DNA of 64,000 bases from contig JAHFMV010000001.1 in assembly GCA_023267655.1 (NCBI GenBank), positions 95,954 through 159,953 of the forward strand. Direction: 5' to 3'. Position numbers and translations under genes: made by a program. This document shows, piece after piece, positions 55,059 through 64,000 of this stretch. A model generated the notes under the pieces. That model did not search any database, was not told the DNA's origin, and saw only the letters and a list, made by a program, of their open reading frames with translations. The stretch comes from Candidatus Kaiserbacteria bacterium. GTDB taxonomy: Bacteria > Patescibacteriota > Minisyncoccia > Phycocordibacterales > UBA2100. Position 1 is the stretch's first letter; each line of letters opens with the position of its first letter.

Positions 55059-55820
55059 ATGAACATTGTATTTGATATCGGTGGGACGAATATGCGCATA
55101 GCTACGGCGCAAGGCGCGACGCTTGGCGAAGTCAGAAAAGTACCAACACCGAAAGATCCGACCGAGGCGATCAATCTCTTCGTCACAACTGCCCGCGAGC
55201 TTAGCGGCGGAGCAATCGAAAAAATCGTCGGTGATGTACCGGGGAGCATTGATGCGGAAGGTCGTCTGTACGATATTGGTAATTTGCCGCACTGGCAGGG
55301 ACGGGAGATCGGGAAAGATCTTTCGCATGAGCTCGGCGCTCCGGCACATATATTTAACGACTGCATTCTGGTGGGCTTCGGTGAAGCGCGAGAGGGTGCC
55401 GGAAAAGGTTTTCCTGTCGTTGCGTATATCACCGTCTCAACGGGCGTCGGCGGCGCGAAGATCGATGGCAATGCTCTTTCTAAAAGCTCACTTCTTGCAG
55501 ATTTTGTAGATCTTAAGCGGCGTCTCAACGAAGAAATTTCCGGTAACGCCGTGAAGAAAAAATTCGGCATCGAGCCGAAAGCGCTTGCTTCTATTCCAGA
55601 GAGGAATAAACTTGCCGATATCCTGGCGGAAGGGCTTCGCGATGTGGCAGAAATGTGGAAGCCGGACGTATTCGTGCTCGGCGGCTCGATGATAGTTGGT
55701 GTGAATCCCATACCACTTGAGCGCGTGCGCGAAAAATTCAGTGCCGTGCCGGTAAAAATGGCTGCACTAAAAGACAATGGCGGCCTCATTGGTGCGGCAA
55801 TTCTTTTACAGCACCTGTGA
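55059..55820 (+). CDS. ROK-family sugar kinase (putative glucokinase)
   Basis: N-terminal MNIVFDIGGTNMRIA plus ROK glycine-rich regions; start trimmed to MNIVF. Confidence 0.7.
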   Translation: MNIVFDIGGTNMRIATAQGATLGEVRKVPTPKDPTEAINLFVTTARELSGGAIEKIVGDVPGSIDAEGRLYDIGNLPHWQGREIGKDLSHELGAPAHIFNDCILVGFGEAREGAGKGFPVVAYITVSTGVGGAKIDGNALSKSSLLADFVDLKRRLNEEISGNAVKKKFGIEPKALASIPERNKLADILAEGLRDVAEMWKPDVFVLGGSMIVGVNPIPLERVREKFSAVPVKMAALKDNGGLIGAAILLQHL

Positions 55821-55925
55821 ATAGTAATTGCTCAGTGGTTAAATTCTCAATAGAGCCGCTTGTGGTTGTGCACTTTTAAACAGCACATGTCATCCAGCTT
55901 GACTGGTACGTGATACGCTTGGGCA

Positions 55926-57914
55926 ATGTTTCGAGTGATAACTCGGGCGCATTCTCTGCATAGTGCGTTTCTTACCGCCGGACTCTCTGTCGTATTTGTT
56001 GTTGGTTATATCGGCTTGGCGTTGTATGTGTTGCCAGAGCTTCATTCGGTCGTGCAGTTGCGCGCGACTGAAGCGGGCGTTGCCTCAGAACTATTGCGAC
56101 TTCAAGGTGAAGGCAACGGTCTCGCGAAGGTCCCAGCCTTTACCGATACGGTTCAGCGTGGGGACGCGTCTGAGATGTTCTCGATTCTTTCACAAGCGCA
56201 GACCGAACGGAACATTGAACGCTTGGCAGTGGCCGATCGCGCCGGGTTTCTCGTTTCTCGCACAAACGCGCCTGATGTCCTCGGCGATAATATATTTTTA
56301 ACTTCAAGCGTGGGACGAACACTCGCGGCTGGCCGCCTTGAAGCTGCCTCGGTAGGACCAAGTGCTCTGAACCCCGACCAAGTTCTGCTAACCACGGGAC
56401 GTTGGATCATACATGGCGGCGACCGTGTTGGAATCTTATTTGCAATAACGCCAGCGAATGATGCGTTTTCAAGACGATTCGCACAGTCGTACTTAGCGCC
56501 GGACACTGAGATAATCTTTTATACGAGGGAATTTGGAATTTATGGATCAAGTTTCAAAGATGCTGGAGATCGAGCTCTTGTCGCCTCATTTGCGCATCAA
56601 AATTCAGGGTTCGTAAAAACGGCGACGGATGATATGCGTGTTGTCTTGCCTGACGGGCGCACTTATATTATCCGCAATTTAGTATTTCAGGGCGCCGAAG
56701 CTTCTTCGACCGGGGCACTCGTTTTTGTCCCCGTCGGTCATGTAGCGTTCCTTTTCGTCGCGCTGCTTTTCCCTGCGGCGTTGTTTGCGGGGTTGGCGTT
56801 TATTCTCCATCGAAGGAATCGCGAACATTTTCGGTTATATTTCATGTCGCTCGTCACGGGCTCAGTTCTTTTTCTCATCATATCCGCGGGTCTGTATTAC
56901 TTTATCCATGGACAATTTCATCTGGTTCGCTCAGTACGATACCCGCTCTATAATTCAGTGCTCCGCATCAGTCCGGAAAGCGGCGTATTTAGTTCAAAAT
57001 ACTCCCGAGCATTCAGCGTCTTTCTCGATACTGGTGGCGAAGCCGTAAACGCGGTGGCTACATCAATAACCTACGATCCGTCGATGTTGACGATCGAGTC
57101 GCTCGACACGGAGAATTCCGTATGTGAGCATTTTGTACGCAACGCCGTTGATCCGGGATCGGGAACTATTACAGTTGATTGCATCATTCCGAATCCGGGG
57201 TTTTCGGGAGCAACAGGTCTCATCGGGGTCATACATGTTCACGCACGACAAACGGGGACAATGTCGCTTCACTTTGGAGACGGGACACAAGTTCTCGCTA
57301 ACGATGGTCTAGGGACGAACGTACTCCGGACAACAACCGATGCAAGTATTCAATTTCAGGACGCGTCGCTTGGTAAACCCGGATCGTTGGCGGTGTATTC
57401 TCCGTCGCACCCGGACCCTGCGCGGTGGTACTCTCGCAGTACCGTAAGTCTAGTATGGTTGCCAGCGAGCCCGATCACGATTGATGTTGTTGATTCTTCC
57501 GCAGCAGGATTCCATCGTACCTTCACGAATATTTCACCCCCTTTTTCTTTCGTCACTCCGCGCGATGGTGCGTATACGTTCATTCTCAATGCCGCGTCGG
57601 GAACGGCGGCTACCTATATCGCGCGTGTCGACACAGGGACATCACTCGCTGTGCGCGTCGAAGCGTCAGACACCACCGTCTCGCCTGGCAGTGTCGTTCG
57701 TCTGCGAATATCAGGTTCAAACGACGTGAGCGGGCTGCAGAGGACCTATTATTTGAAAGTTGATGATGATTTATTTTATCCTGTGGGGTCCGAAGCATAT
57801 GTCCCGATTTCCGCAGGCGGCGTCCATATGCTTACCGTGCGCGCATTTGATAATGCGGGCAACTTTAAAGATACTGATGTGTCGATCAACGTCGCACCGA
57901 TCGTAAAACCATGA
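55926..57914 (+). CDS. large membrane-anchored extracellular hypothetical protein
   Basis: 662 aa with TM helices near the N-terminus and middle; beta-rich extracellular segments; no recognised domain. Confidence 0.45.
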   Translation: MFRVITRAHSLHSAFLTAGLSVVFVVGYIGLALYVLPELHSVVQLRATEAGVASELLRLQGEGNGLAKVPAFTDTVQRGDASEMFSILSQAQTERNIERLAVADRAGFLVSRTNAPDVLGDNIFLTSSVGRTLAAGRLEAASVGPSALNPDQVLLTTGRWIIHGGDRVGILFAITPANDAFSRRFAQSYLAPDTEIIFYTREFGIYGSSFKDAGDRALVASFAHQNSGFVKTATDDMRVVLPDGRTYIIRNLVFQGAEASSTGALVFVPVGHVAFLFVALLFPAALFAGLAFILHRRNREHFRLYFMSLVTGSVLFLIISAGLYYFIHGQFHLVRSVRYPLYNSVLRISPESGVFSSKYSRAFSVFLDTGGEAVNAVATSITYDPSMLTIESLDTENSVCEHFVRNAVDPGSGTITVDCIIPNPGFSGATGLIGVIHVHARQTGTMSLHFGDGTQVLANDGLGTNVLRTTTDASIQFQDASLGKPGSLAVYSPSHPDPARWYSRSTVSLVWLPASPITIDVVDSSAAGFHRTFTNISPPFSFVTPRDGAYTFILNAASGTAATYIARVDTGTSLAVRVEASDTTVSPGSVVRLRISGSNDVSGLQRTYYLKVDDDLFYPVGSEAYVPISAGGVHMLTVRAFDNAGNFKDTDVSINVAPIVKP

Positions 57915-57932
57915 GATACTCATTACATTGCT

Positions 57933-58598
57933 ATGAATGAACTCGACGTCTTTTTTCTTGTTTTGATTGAATTTACCCTCATTCTCTTTCTGTGGAAACT
58001 CGGAAGGGAATACTTGTACGCATCAATAGCGACTAATCTCATTTTGGTTAGCGTCGCCGGACCAAAATTGATTGAAATCTTTGGGTACACCACGAATGTC
58101 GGCAATATTTTCTACGCTTCGGTCTTTGTCGCGACGTACTTTATCATCGAACATTGCTCGCGCAAAGATGGCGAGCGAGCGATCGGGCTCGGCGCCATAG
58201 TCGTGGTGCTCTTCGTGGTTATGGGCCAACTAGTCATCGCGATGTCGAGTGTACCAGAGACGACTGGCTTTAGCGCGGCACTCGCGACGATATTTAGGAC
58301 TTCTGTGCGCGTTGCGAGCGCGAGCGTGATTGCGTACATCATCGCACAAAGTATCAACGTGGGGATTTATGCGACGCTGCGTGAGAAGGGGGTGGCTCGC
58401 CTATGGCTTCGTGTCGCCACTGCGGGTGTTGCATCACAATTTGTCGACAGCATTCTTTTTTTCTCGATTGCATTTCTTGGGGTGCTCCCGCTTGCTGTCG
58501 TCGTTGAGAGCATGTTGGTCGGTTTTTTCCTAAAAGTCAGCATCACTCTTCTTAGTATTCCGCTTATTTACGTAAGCCGACGCATGCGGGAAACATGA
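57933..58598 (+). CDS. queuosine-precursor transporter (YhhQ/DUF165 family)
   Basis: 221 aa, six TM helices; the N-terminus matches the DUF165/YhhQ pattern. Confidence 0.55.
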   Translation: MNELDVFFLVLIEFTLILFLWKLGREYLYASIATNLILVSVAGPKLIEIFGYTTNVGNIFYASVFVATYFIIEHCSRKDGERAIGLGAIVVVLFVVMGQLVIAMSSVPETTGFSAALATIFRTSVRVASASVIAYIIAQSINVGIYATLREKGVARLWLRVATAGVASQFVDSILFFSIAFLGVLPLAVVVESMLVGFFLKVSITLLSIPLIYVSRRMRET

Positions 58599-58625
58599 CG
58601 AGGAGTCACATCCAACAATCATAAT

Positions 58626-59945
58626 ATGCTCTCTCGGTGCATCCGTATCGCCTGTGTTGTGATGCTTCTACCAACATGCGCTCTTGCGCAGGATTTTTCT
58701 TCAACGAATTTTACGGTAACAGCGCCAACGATCGTCCCCGGTGGATATTCAACATCAGCCTCATTTGGTTTACAGAGCGTGATCGGTGAGATGAGCATTG
58801 GTACTTCGAGTGCACTGTCGTTCGGTGCAAACGTCGGATTTCCTTTTTTCCCGCAAGTCTCAACGCCGACGGTAAGTGCGACAGCGGGAGATGCGCAAGT
58901 TGCACTTTCGTGGAGCGCATCAACTGCGTACGTGGGATGGACCGTGGGCGGCTATAGCGTCGGGCAATCGACAACAAATAGCGGCCCCTACAGTTTTTCA
59001 TCGGTTGGAAATGTCACGAGTTCGACGCGCACGGGACTGACGAACAGTACGACGTATTATTTTGTTATCAGAGTTCTGGATGGTCTCGGCAATACCATCG
59101 CAACTTCTTCGCAAGTAAACGGCACACCCGCGTCGTCGGGTGGGGGCGGAAGTTCTGGTGGGGGCGGAGGCGGAGGTGGAGGCGGTGGAGGAGGGGGCGG
59201 GGGAGGCGGTGGAGGCGGGGAGTTGGGTAGTATTGTGAATTTTTCTGGACGCGCGTATCCGAATCGCACCGTGACTCTCTTAAAAGACGCGCAGGTTGTC
59301 TCATCGGCGAATGCTGGGGCTGACGCGCGCTTTGCAATGAGCATCGGTGGCGTCGCCGCAGGTAACTATATTTTCTCGGTGTATAGCGAAGACAAAGACG
59401 GCATCCGCTCCAGCCTCCTCACGTTCCCCGTCAGTGTTTCGGGGACGACAATGACCGACGTCACCGGCATTTTTATCGCGCCGACGATCACGGCGGACAA
59501 AAGCCAGGTGAAGCAAGGCGACAACATCACGTTCTTTGGGCAGAGCGCGGCAAATTCGGACATCACCATCACCGTTCATTCCGATCAAGAAATCTATGGT
59601 AAAGCGAAATCGGATGCGAGCGGCGTCTATTTGTATACGCTCGATTCGCAGCAGCTTGAGATGGGTGACCACTCCGCAAAATCAAAAAGCGCGCTCGCGA
59701 GCGAGATAAGTTCGTTTAGCGCGGCTGTGCAATTTACCGTGGGCGAGAAAAATGTCGAACTCGAAAAAGAAAAGAAAGCTCCGAAAGCTGACGCGAATGG
59801 TGACGGCAAAGTAAATCTCGTTGATTTTTCCGTCGTCGCGTATTGGTACGGCCGCGCAAAGCCGCCCGCAAAGGCAGATCTGAACGGCGACGGCAAAGTA
59901 AACCTCGTTGACCTTTCAATATTGGCTTATAACTGGACCGGCTGA
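58626..59945 (+). CDS. secreted protein with fibronectin-III-like domain, poly-Gly linker and C-terminal dockerin-like repeats
   Basis: Signal peptide; FN3-like (TVSATAGDAQVALSWS); a 26-residue Gly/Ser run; two dockerin type I-like Ca-binding repeats (DANGDGKVNLVDFSVVAYWYG and DLNGDGKVNLVDLSILAYNW). Confidence 0.6.
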   Translation: MLSRCIRIACVVMLLPTCALAQDFSSTNFTVTAPTIVPGGYSTSASFGLQSVIGEMSIGTSSALSFGANVGFPFFPQVSTPTVSATAGDAQVALSWSASTAYVGWTVGGYSVGQSTTNSGPYSFSSVGNVTSSTRTGLTNSTTYYFVIRVLDGLGNTIATSSQVNGTPASSGGGGSSGGGGGGGGGGGGGGGGGGGGGELGSIVNFSGRAYPNRTVTLLKDAQVVSSANAGADARFAMSIGGVAAGNYIFSVYSEDKDGIRSSLLTFPVSVSGTTMTDVTGIFIAPTITADKSQVKQGDNITFFGQSAANSDITITVHSDQEIYGKAKSDASGVYLYTLDSQQLEMGDHSAKSKSALASEISSFSAAVQFTVGEKNVELEKEKKAPKADANGDGKVNLVDFSVVAYWYGRAKPPAKADLNGDGKVNLVDLSILAYNWTG

Positions 59946-59946
59946 T

Positions 59947-60819
59947 ATGCGCCTCGCTCTTACCATTCTCCTTACCCTCGGTATCGCGTCGCCTGCAGCG
60001 GCTGCGGAACTGCAGCTGCAGGCGCAGGGCGCTGCACAAGCAGGTGGGCAGATCGTATTGACCGCATTACTCGATAGCGGTGGTGAATCCATTAATGCTA
60101 TAGAAGGAACCTTGCAGTATCCGCACGACCTCGTGAAGCTTCGAGAAATTCGCGACGGCAATTCTCTGGTTAATTTTTGGGCCGAACGTCCGCACGACGG
60201 CGCGGACGGCATCCGCTTTGCCGGCGTTACGCCGGGTGGTTATGCCGGGAGTGGCAGGGAGGTGTTTTCTCTGGTTTTCGATGTCCAAAAGGGTGAGAAG
60301 ATTCGCTACACGCTTCGGGATGCGCGTGCGCTCATAAATGACGGTCAAGGGACTCCGGTATCGCTCACGCTTTCTCCCACGGTGATTCTTGTCCCGACGG
60401 TATCGGGTGCAATCGACCCTACGCACGACGTCACGTTGCCCGAGCCGTTCACCCCTGTACGAGGAAGCGATCCGGCGCTGTTTTCTGGTGCGCCGTTCAT
60501 TGCGTTCGTCACACAAGACAAGCAATCGGGCGTCGATCATTATGAAGTTGCAGAGCAGAAAGGTTTTATGATGCCGTCAGTACTCTATCACCAGCTTACG
60601 TGGGAGCATGCCGAAAGCCCATTTGCGCTGCGCGACGCGAACGAGGACGCGTACGTATATGTGAAAGCTGTCGATCGCGCAGGCAATGAGCGTGTTGCAG
60701 TCCTATCCCCTCGTAATCTGCCTTTGCGCTACAATCCACCCTTCATTCTCGCTATACTGCTTCTTATGCTCGGCGTCTGGGTGATCTACCGGCGCAGGGT
60801 TCACCAATTGTATGAATAA
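59947..60819 (+). CDS. cohesin-like domain protein, C-terminally membrane-anchored
   Basis: Signal peptide; cohesin-like beta-sandwich pattern (ELQLQAQGAAQAGGQIVLTALLDSGGESINAIEGTLQYPHDLVKL...FSLVFDVQKGEKIRYTL); C-terminal TM helix; start trimmed to MRLALT just after the dockerin gene stop. Confidence 0.5.
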   Translation: MRLALTILLTLGIASPAAAAELQLQAQGAAQAGGQIVLTALLDSGGESINAIEGTLQYPHDLVKLREIRDGNSLVNFWAERPHDGADGIRFAGVTPGGYAGSGREVFSLVFDVQKGEKIRYTLRDARALINDGQGTPVSLTLSPTVILVPTVSGAIDPTHDVTLPEPFTPVRGSDPALFSGAPFIAFVTQDKQSGVDHYEVAEQKGFMMPSVLYHQLTWEHAESPFALRDANEDAYVYVKAVDRAGNERVAVLSPRNLPLRYNPPFILAILLLMLGVWVIYRRRVHQLYE

Positions 60820-62035
60820 ACTTTTGTACAACGTAGTATTACTTTCACTCTGCGCGTTTCTCATACCTTCCTTCGTCTCGGCAGCAACGATGCGTATTGC
60901 GCCTGCGGCGGCGTCCGTAACAGTCGGAGGAACAGCATCGATTGCCATTCAAGTAACGAGTGCGGACCAGCCGATGAATGCAGCATCAGGTATCGTACAT
61001 TTTCCCGCCGATTCGCTTCAAGTAGTATCACTTTCAAAAAGCGGGACCATTATCAGTCTCTGGGCGCAGGAGCCGTCATATTCAAACAGTGCCGGCACGA
61101 TTAATTTCGAAGGCGCGGTTTTGAATCCAGGATTTACCGGCTCCAATGGTACTGTGCTCACCATCACGTTTAAAGCGAAAAGTGCGGGCGTGGCACCGAT
61201 TACGATTGGATCGGGATCAGTGCTTGCAAACGACGGTAGTGGTACGGAAATTTTGACATCGGTTTCCGGAGGGAATATGAGCGTCACCGCAGCAGCGCCG
61301 GCGCCCGCAGTTACACCTTCTGCACCGGCATCTCCGACTGCGGCGCGATTAGTTATTACATCCACGACACATCCTGATGCGGAAAAATCATACCGCGCAC
61401 CTGTGGTACATCTTGCGTGGAATAATCCACCGGGTACCGAGGCTGTACGGATTTTGTATGACAAGAATCAGGGGACTACTCCGAGCGTGACCTACGATCC
61501 ACCGATTGAATCTAAAGAGATTGAACCTGGTGATGGCACCTGGTATTTCCATGCGCAAGCGCGCAGCGGAGGTGGATGGGGGCCAGTCACACATTTCAAA
61601 TTCACCATTGATCCGAATGCTCCGGAAGAGGTGGTACCTGCTGAACCGCCAATGCCGCAACTACCAGTTACTCACAATGCGACGCCATCGTTGTTCAGTT
61701 CGATCACACAATGGATTCTTGGTTCACAAACAATGCTACTTGAAATTGCGCTTGCCATTTCGTTGCTGATGCTTGCATTGGTTTCTCTATCACACAAACG
61801 CTCTCTGCGTCAGACACATGGGGGTCGTGTACGACATGTGCACGATTTGGTGCACCGTGAATTTAATGATCTGAAAGATGCGCTCACGGATGAACTCTCG
61901 GCGCTCAATCGCGCGCAATCGAAAAGAAATTTGACCACCGAAGAAAAGCGAATCGTCGCACGGTTTACAAAAATGCTCGACACATCAGAGCGAACGATTG
62001 GAACGGAAATCGATGAGCTTGGCACGAAAGGGTAA
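60812..62035 (+). CDS. second cohesin-like domain protein with C-terminal TM helix and coiled coil
   Basis: Signal peptide; cohesin-like pattern (MRIAPAAASVTVGGTASIAIQVTSADQPMNAASGIVHFPADSLQVVSLS...LTITFKAKSAG); Pro/Ala linker; TM helix; coiled-coil tail. Confidence 0.5.
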   Translation: MNKLLYNVVLLSLCAFLIPSFVSAATMRIAPAAASVTVGGTASIAIQVTSADQPMNAASGIVHFPADSLQVVSLSKSGTIISLWAQEPSYSNSAGTINFEGAVLNPGFTGSNGTVLTITFKAKSAGVAPITIGSGSVLANDGSGTEILTSVSGGNMSVTAAAPAPAVTPSAPASPTAARLVITSTTHPDAEKSYRAPVVHLAWNNPPGTEAVRILYDKNQGTTPSVTYDPPIESKEIEPGDGTWYFHAQARSGGGWGPVTHFKFTIDPNAPEEVVPAEPPMPQLPVTHNATPSLFSSITQWILGSQTMLLEIALAISLLMLALVSLSHKRSLRQTHGGRVRHVHDLVHREFNDLKDALTDELSALNRAQSKRNLTTEEKRIVARFTKMLDTSERTIGTEIDELGTKG

Positions 62036-62553
62036 TCTCGCAGTGAATTTAGGAAGATTTTTCTCACGAAATTTTATCCAAACTGTGGATAAGTTTTTTC
62101 GCTCTGCGCTTCAATTCTCGAATCGGTGGTTAGAAAAATGCTCAATGTCCGGTTAAGCCGCCGGATCTACCTTTCGCTCTAATTTTACAGATTCGAATTA
62201 TTGTTGCCAAGAAGTATACGATTTCTCAATTGCTGTGCATCGAGCGGACCCATATATGTCCCTCCGTTGCGTATCTTGGGTAGCCGAGATTGGCTTAAAT
62301 ACTTGCTATCTCGGGCTGCCGAGAATAAGCAATCTCCCAGTAGCGACTTTAGCGTTCAGTAAAGACCGCGTAATTCATCCTCATTTCGTGATACCGGAAT
62401 CAAAACACCACCCGCCAGTGAAGTTTTAAAGCTACACATACGGCGTCGAAATCATGGCTATCTTGAGGCTTCTTTTACTAAAAACGCCTAAAAAAGCGTA
62501 TACAATTAGTGGACTCGTGAAGTGTTTGTGAAGGTCCAAAATCAATTCTTTGC

Positions 62554-64000
62554 ATGAGCCGCTACACAAAATTTTCAATCTACGCCGCCGACGTCTGTCT
62601 TGTGGTGTCATTTGTCCTGACGCCGCTTCTCACCATTGTCCCGATTGTGGCTGAAGCAGCAGCGGTACCCACTGTTCTGTCGTACCAGGGCCGGCTGACT
62701 GATGCATCGGGCAATCTTCTCGGCGGATCCGGCACATCGTATTACTTCAAGTTTTCGATCTGGGATTCCTCTGCCACCACAAGCGGCTCGCGTCTGTGGC
62801 CATCTTCAGCACCGACAGCAACCACCGCAAATGTTCGTCAAGGAGTGTTCACGGTCAATATTGGTGACACGGCGAATGGATATCCGGACGCACTTGATTA
62901 CCCATTTGATTCGACGTCCGTGTATTTGCAGGTGGAGGTGTCTTCGAACGGATCGACGTACGAAACACTTTCGCCACGCCATCAAATCGCATCGACCGCA
63001 TTTTCTCAAGTGTCGGGCGCAGTGCGCGGATCAGGACAATCTGCGGTCGGCACGACGACGCCGGTCTCAACATCAGTTCTGACGGTAGAGGCAACGACAT
63101 CGGGCGCAACACCGCTTACGGTACGCGGCGCCCCGAGTCAGTCGGCGAATTTATTTTCAATTTTGAATTCCGCAGGATCATCGTTGTTCTCGATCGATAG
63201 TGCGGGTTCAATCACCTCGATGGTTCGAGCTCTTTTTGGTAACGCATCATCGACGCAGTTTTCGTCGCTCGATGGTATTTTTGTTGGACGCACTGCAACA
63301 ACAACGATTCGCGGAGACGGCATTGCTTCAACGATTCCACTCGCGTCATCGACTGCAATTACCGTTTCGGGAACTGCATCAACGACGAACCTCACCGTAT
63401 CAGGATTAGGCGCGGCAAATTGTGACGTTAAGGCGTCCGCGGGTGGCGTCCTTTCCTGCGGTATTGACGCGGGAGGTGTCGGGTCAAATTTCGGAGAAGC
63501 ATGGACCATCAGCGGTGGCTTATTGGTGCCGACGACGACGATTGGAATTTCTGTTGCGGCGGCCTCTGCATTTACTGGCGGCGTTACTATCTCGAATTCT
63601 ACGACCACGAACGCAACCACAACGAATCTTGCAGTGACAGGCACGGCATCGACTTCAAACCTTGTCGTTTCGAATACGCTAACGTTCGGAAATGTGAGTG
63701 GATTTTTGAAGGCTACTGCAGGGGTGATCGCTGCCGCCGCAATCAATCTTGCTTCTGATATCACGGGTATTCTCACGGTCGCAAACGGCGGCACGGGATG
63801 GGCAAACCTTGCCGCGGGGGGCATCCTCTACGGCAACGGAACAGGAGCAGTATCAACGACGTCTGCCGGTACGGCGGGACAAATTTTGGCGCTCAATGGC
63901 AGCACGCCAACATGGGTTGCAACAACCACCTTCTCGTCAGGCCTTGCGTATGCGGCAGGCAACGTCACCAACACCGGCGTCCTTTCTATCACTGGTACGA
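62554..64000 (+). CDS. large secreted Ser/Thr/Gly/Ala-rich surface repeat protein (5' partial in window; continues beyond 64000)
   Basis: Open frame from ATG 62554 to the window end, hand-translated (MSRYTKFSIYAADVCLVVSFVLTPLLTIVPIVAEAAA...); absent from the ORF track because no stop falls in the window; contains the tail-fibre-like motif ILTVANGGTGWANLAAGGILYGNG. Confidence 0.6.
   Translation, partial: MSRYTKFSIYAADVCLVVSFVLTPLLTIVPIVAEAAAVPTVLSYQGRLTDASGNLLGGSGTSYYFKFSIWDSSATTSGSRLWPSSAPTATTANVRQGVFTVNIGDTANGYPDALDYPFDSTSVYLQVEVSSNGSTYETLSPRHQIASTAFSQVSGAVRGSGQSAVGTTTPVSTSVLTVEATTSGATPLTVRGAPSQSANLFSILNSAGSSLFSIDSAGSITSMVRALFGNASSTQFSSLDGIFVGRTATTTIRGDGIASTIPLASSTAITVSGTASTTNLTVSGLGAANCDVKASAGGVLSCGIDAGGVGSNFGEAWTISGGLLVPTTTIGISVAAASAFTGGVTISNSTTTNATTTNLAVTGTASTSNLVVSNTLTFGNVSGFLKATAGVIAAAAINLASDITGILTVANGGTGWANLAAGGILYGNGTGAVSTTSAGTAGQILALNGSTPTWVATTTFSSGLAYAAGNVTNTGVLSITGT

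Noticed and set aside
59057-59344. Pro-rich minus ORFs opposite the poly-Gly tract
   Set aside because: They arise from the reverse complement of the (GGN)n repeat (CCN gives poly-Pro); an artefact of the low-complexity tract in the dockerin-protein gene.

Overview
This 64-kb window is a gene-dense bacterial chromosomal segment, about 55% GC, with mostly short genes and many domain-of-unknown-function proteins. That style is typical of Patescibacteria/CPR-like genomes. There are no rRNA genes and no CRISPR array. Recognisable content, in order: (1) a dNTP/thymidylate block: class I ribonucleotide reductase nrdA and nrdB, glyA, a MazG-like NTPase, dCMP deaminase, thyA, dcd and folA, with a hicBA toxin-antitoxin pair wedged between dcd and folA; (2) housekeeping genes lemA, htpX, class II fba, one tRNA-Ser(GGA), a compact RNase P RNA on the minus strand, phosphomannomutase, a PurM-like protein, a cupin-type phosphoglucose isomerase and a ROK kinase; (3) two ECF sigma factors, each followed by a membrane protein (one a DUF5667-like candidate anti-sigma) and each with a secreted Gly/Thr-rich protein nearby; a two-component pair; and a hybrid histidine kinase; (4) transporters: an ABC-2 pair, a MacA-MacB-type tripartite pump and a YhhQ queuosine-precursor transporter, plus glycan genes (O-antigen-ligase/TPR protein, GT4, GH1, a GH5-like hydrolase); (5) toxin-antitoxin and mobile pieces: vapBC, hicBA, and a REP-associated tyrosine transposase (RAYT) flanked by perfect REP hairpins; (6) a dockerin-bearing secreted protein followed by two membrane-anchored cohesin-like proteins; (7) a partial large surface repeat protein running off the 3' end. 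The best candidate for an undescribed system is a three-gene island at 30.5-34.6 kb, wedged between the two ECF sigma modules. It encodes a ParB/Srx-fold DGQHR/DUF262-like protein, a 502-aa protein with no recognisable domain, and a 253-aa HTH protein, behind an operator-like palindrome. Several unexplained repeat families also stand out: a ~130-nt nested-palindromic element in two inverted copies, a ~115-bp AT-rich intergenic repeat in two copies, 15-bp 'AAAGGTTTAACCTTT' palindromes including a pair inside a coding-region linker, and a 38-bp palindromic motif flanking a PaaX-like regulator gene.
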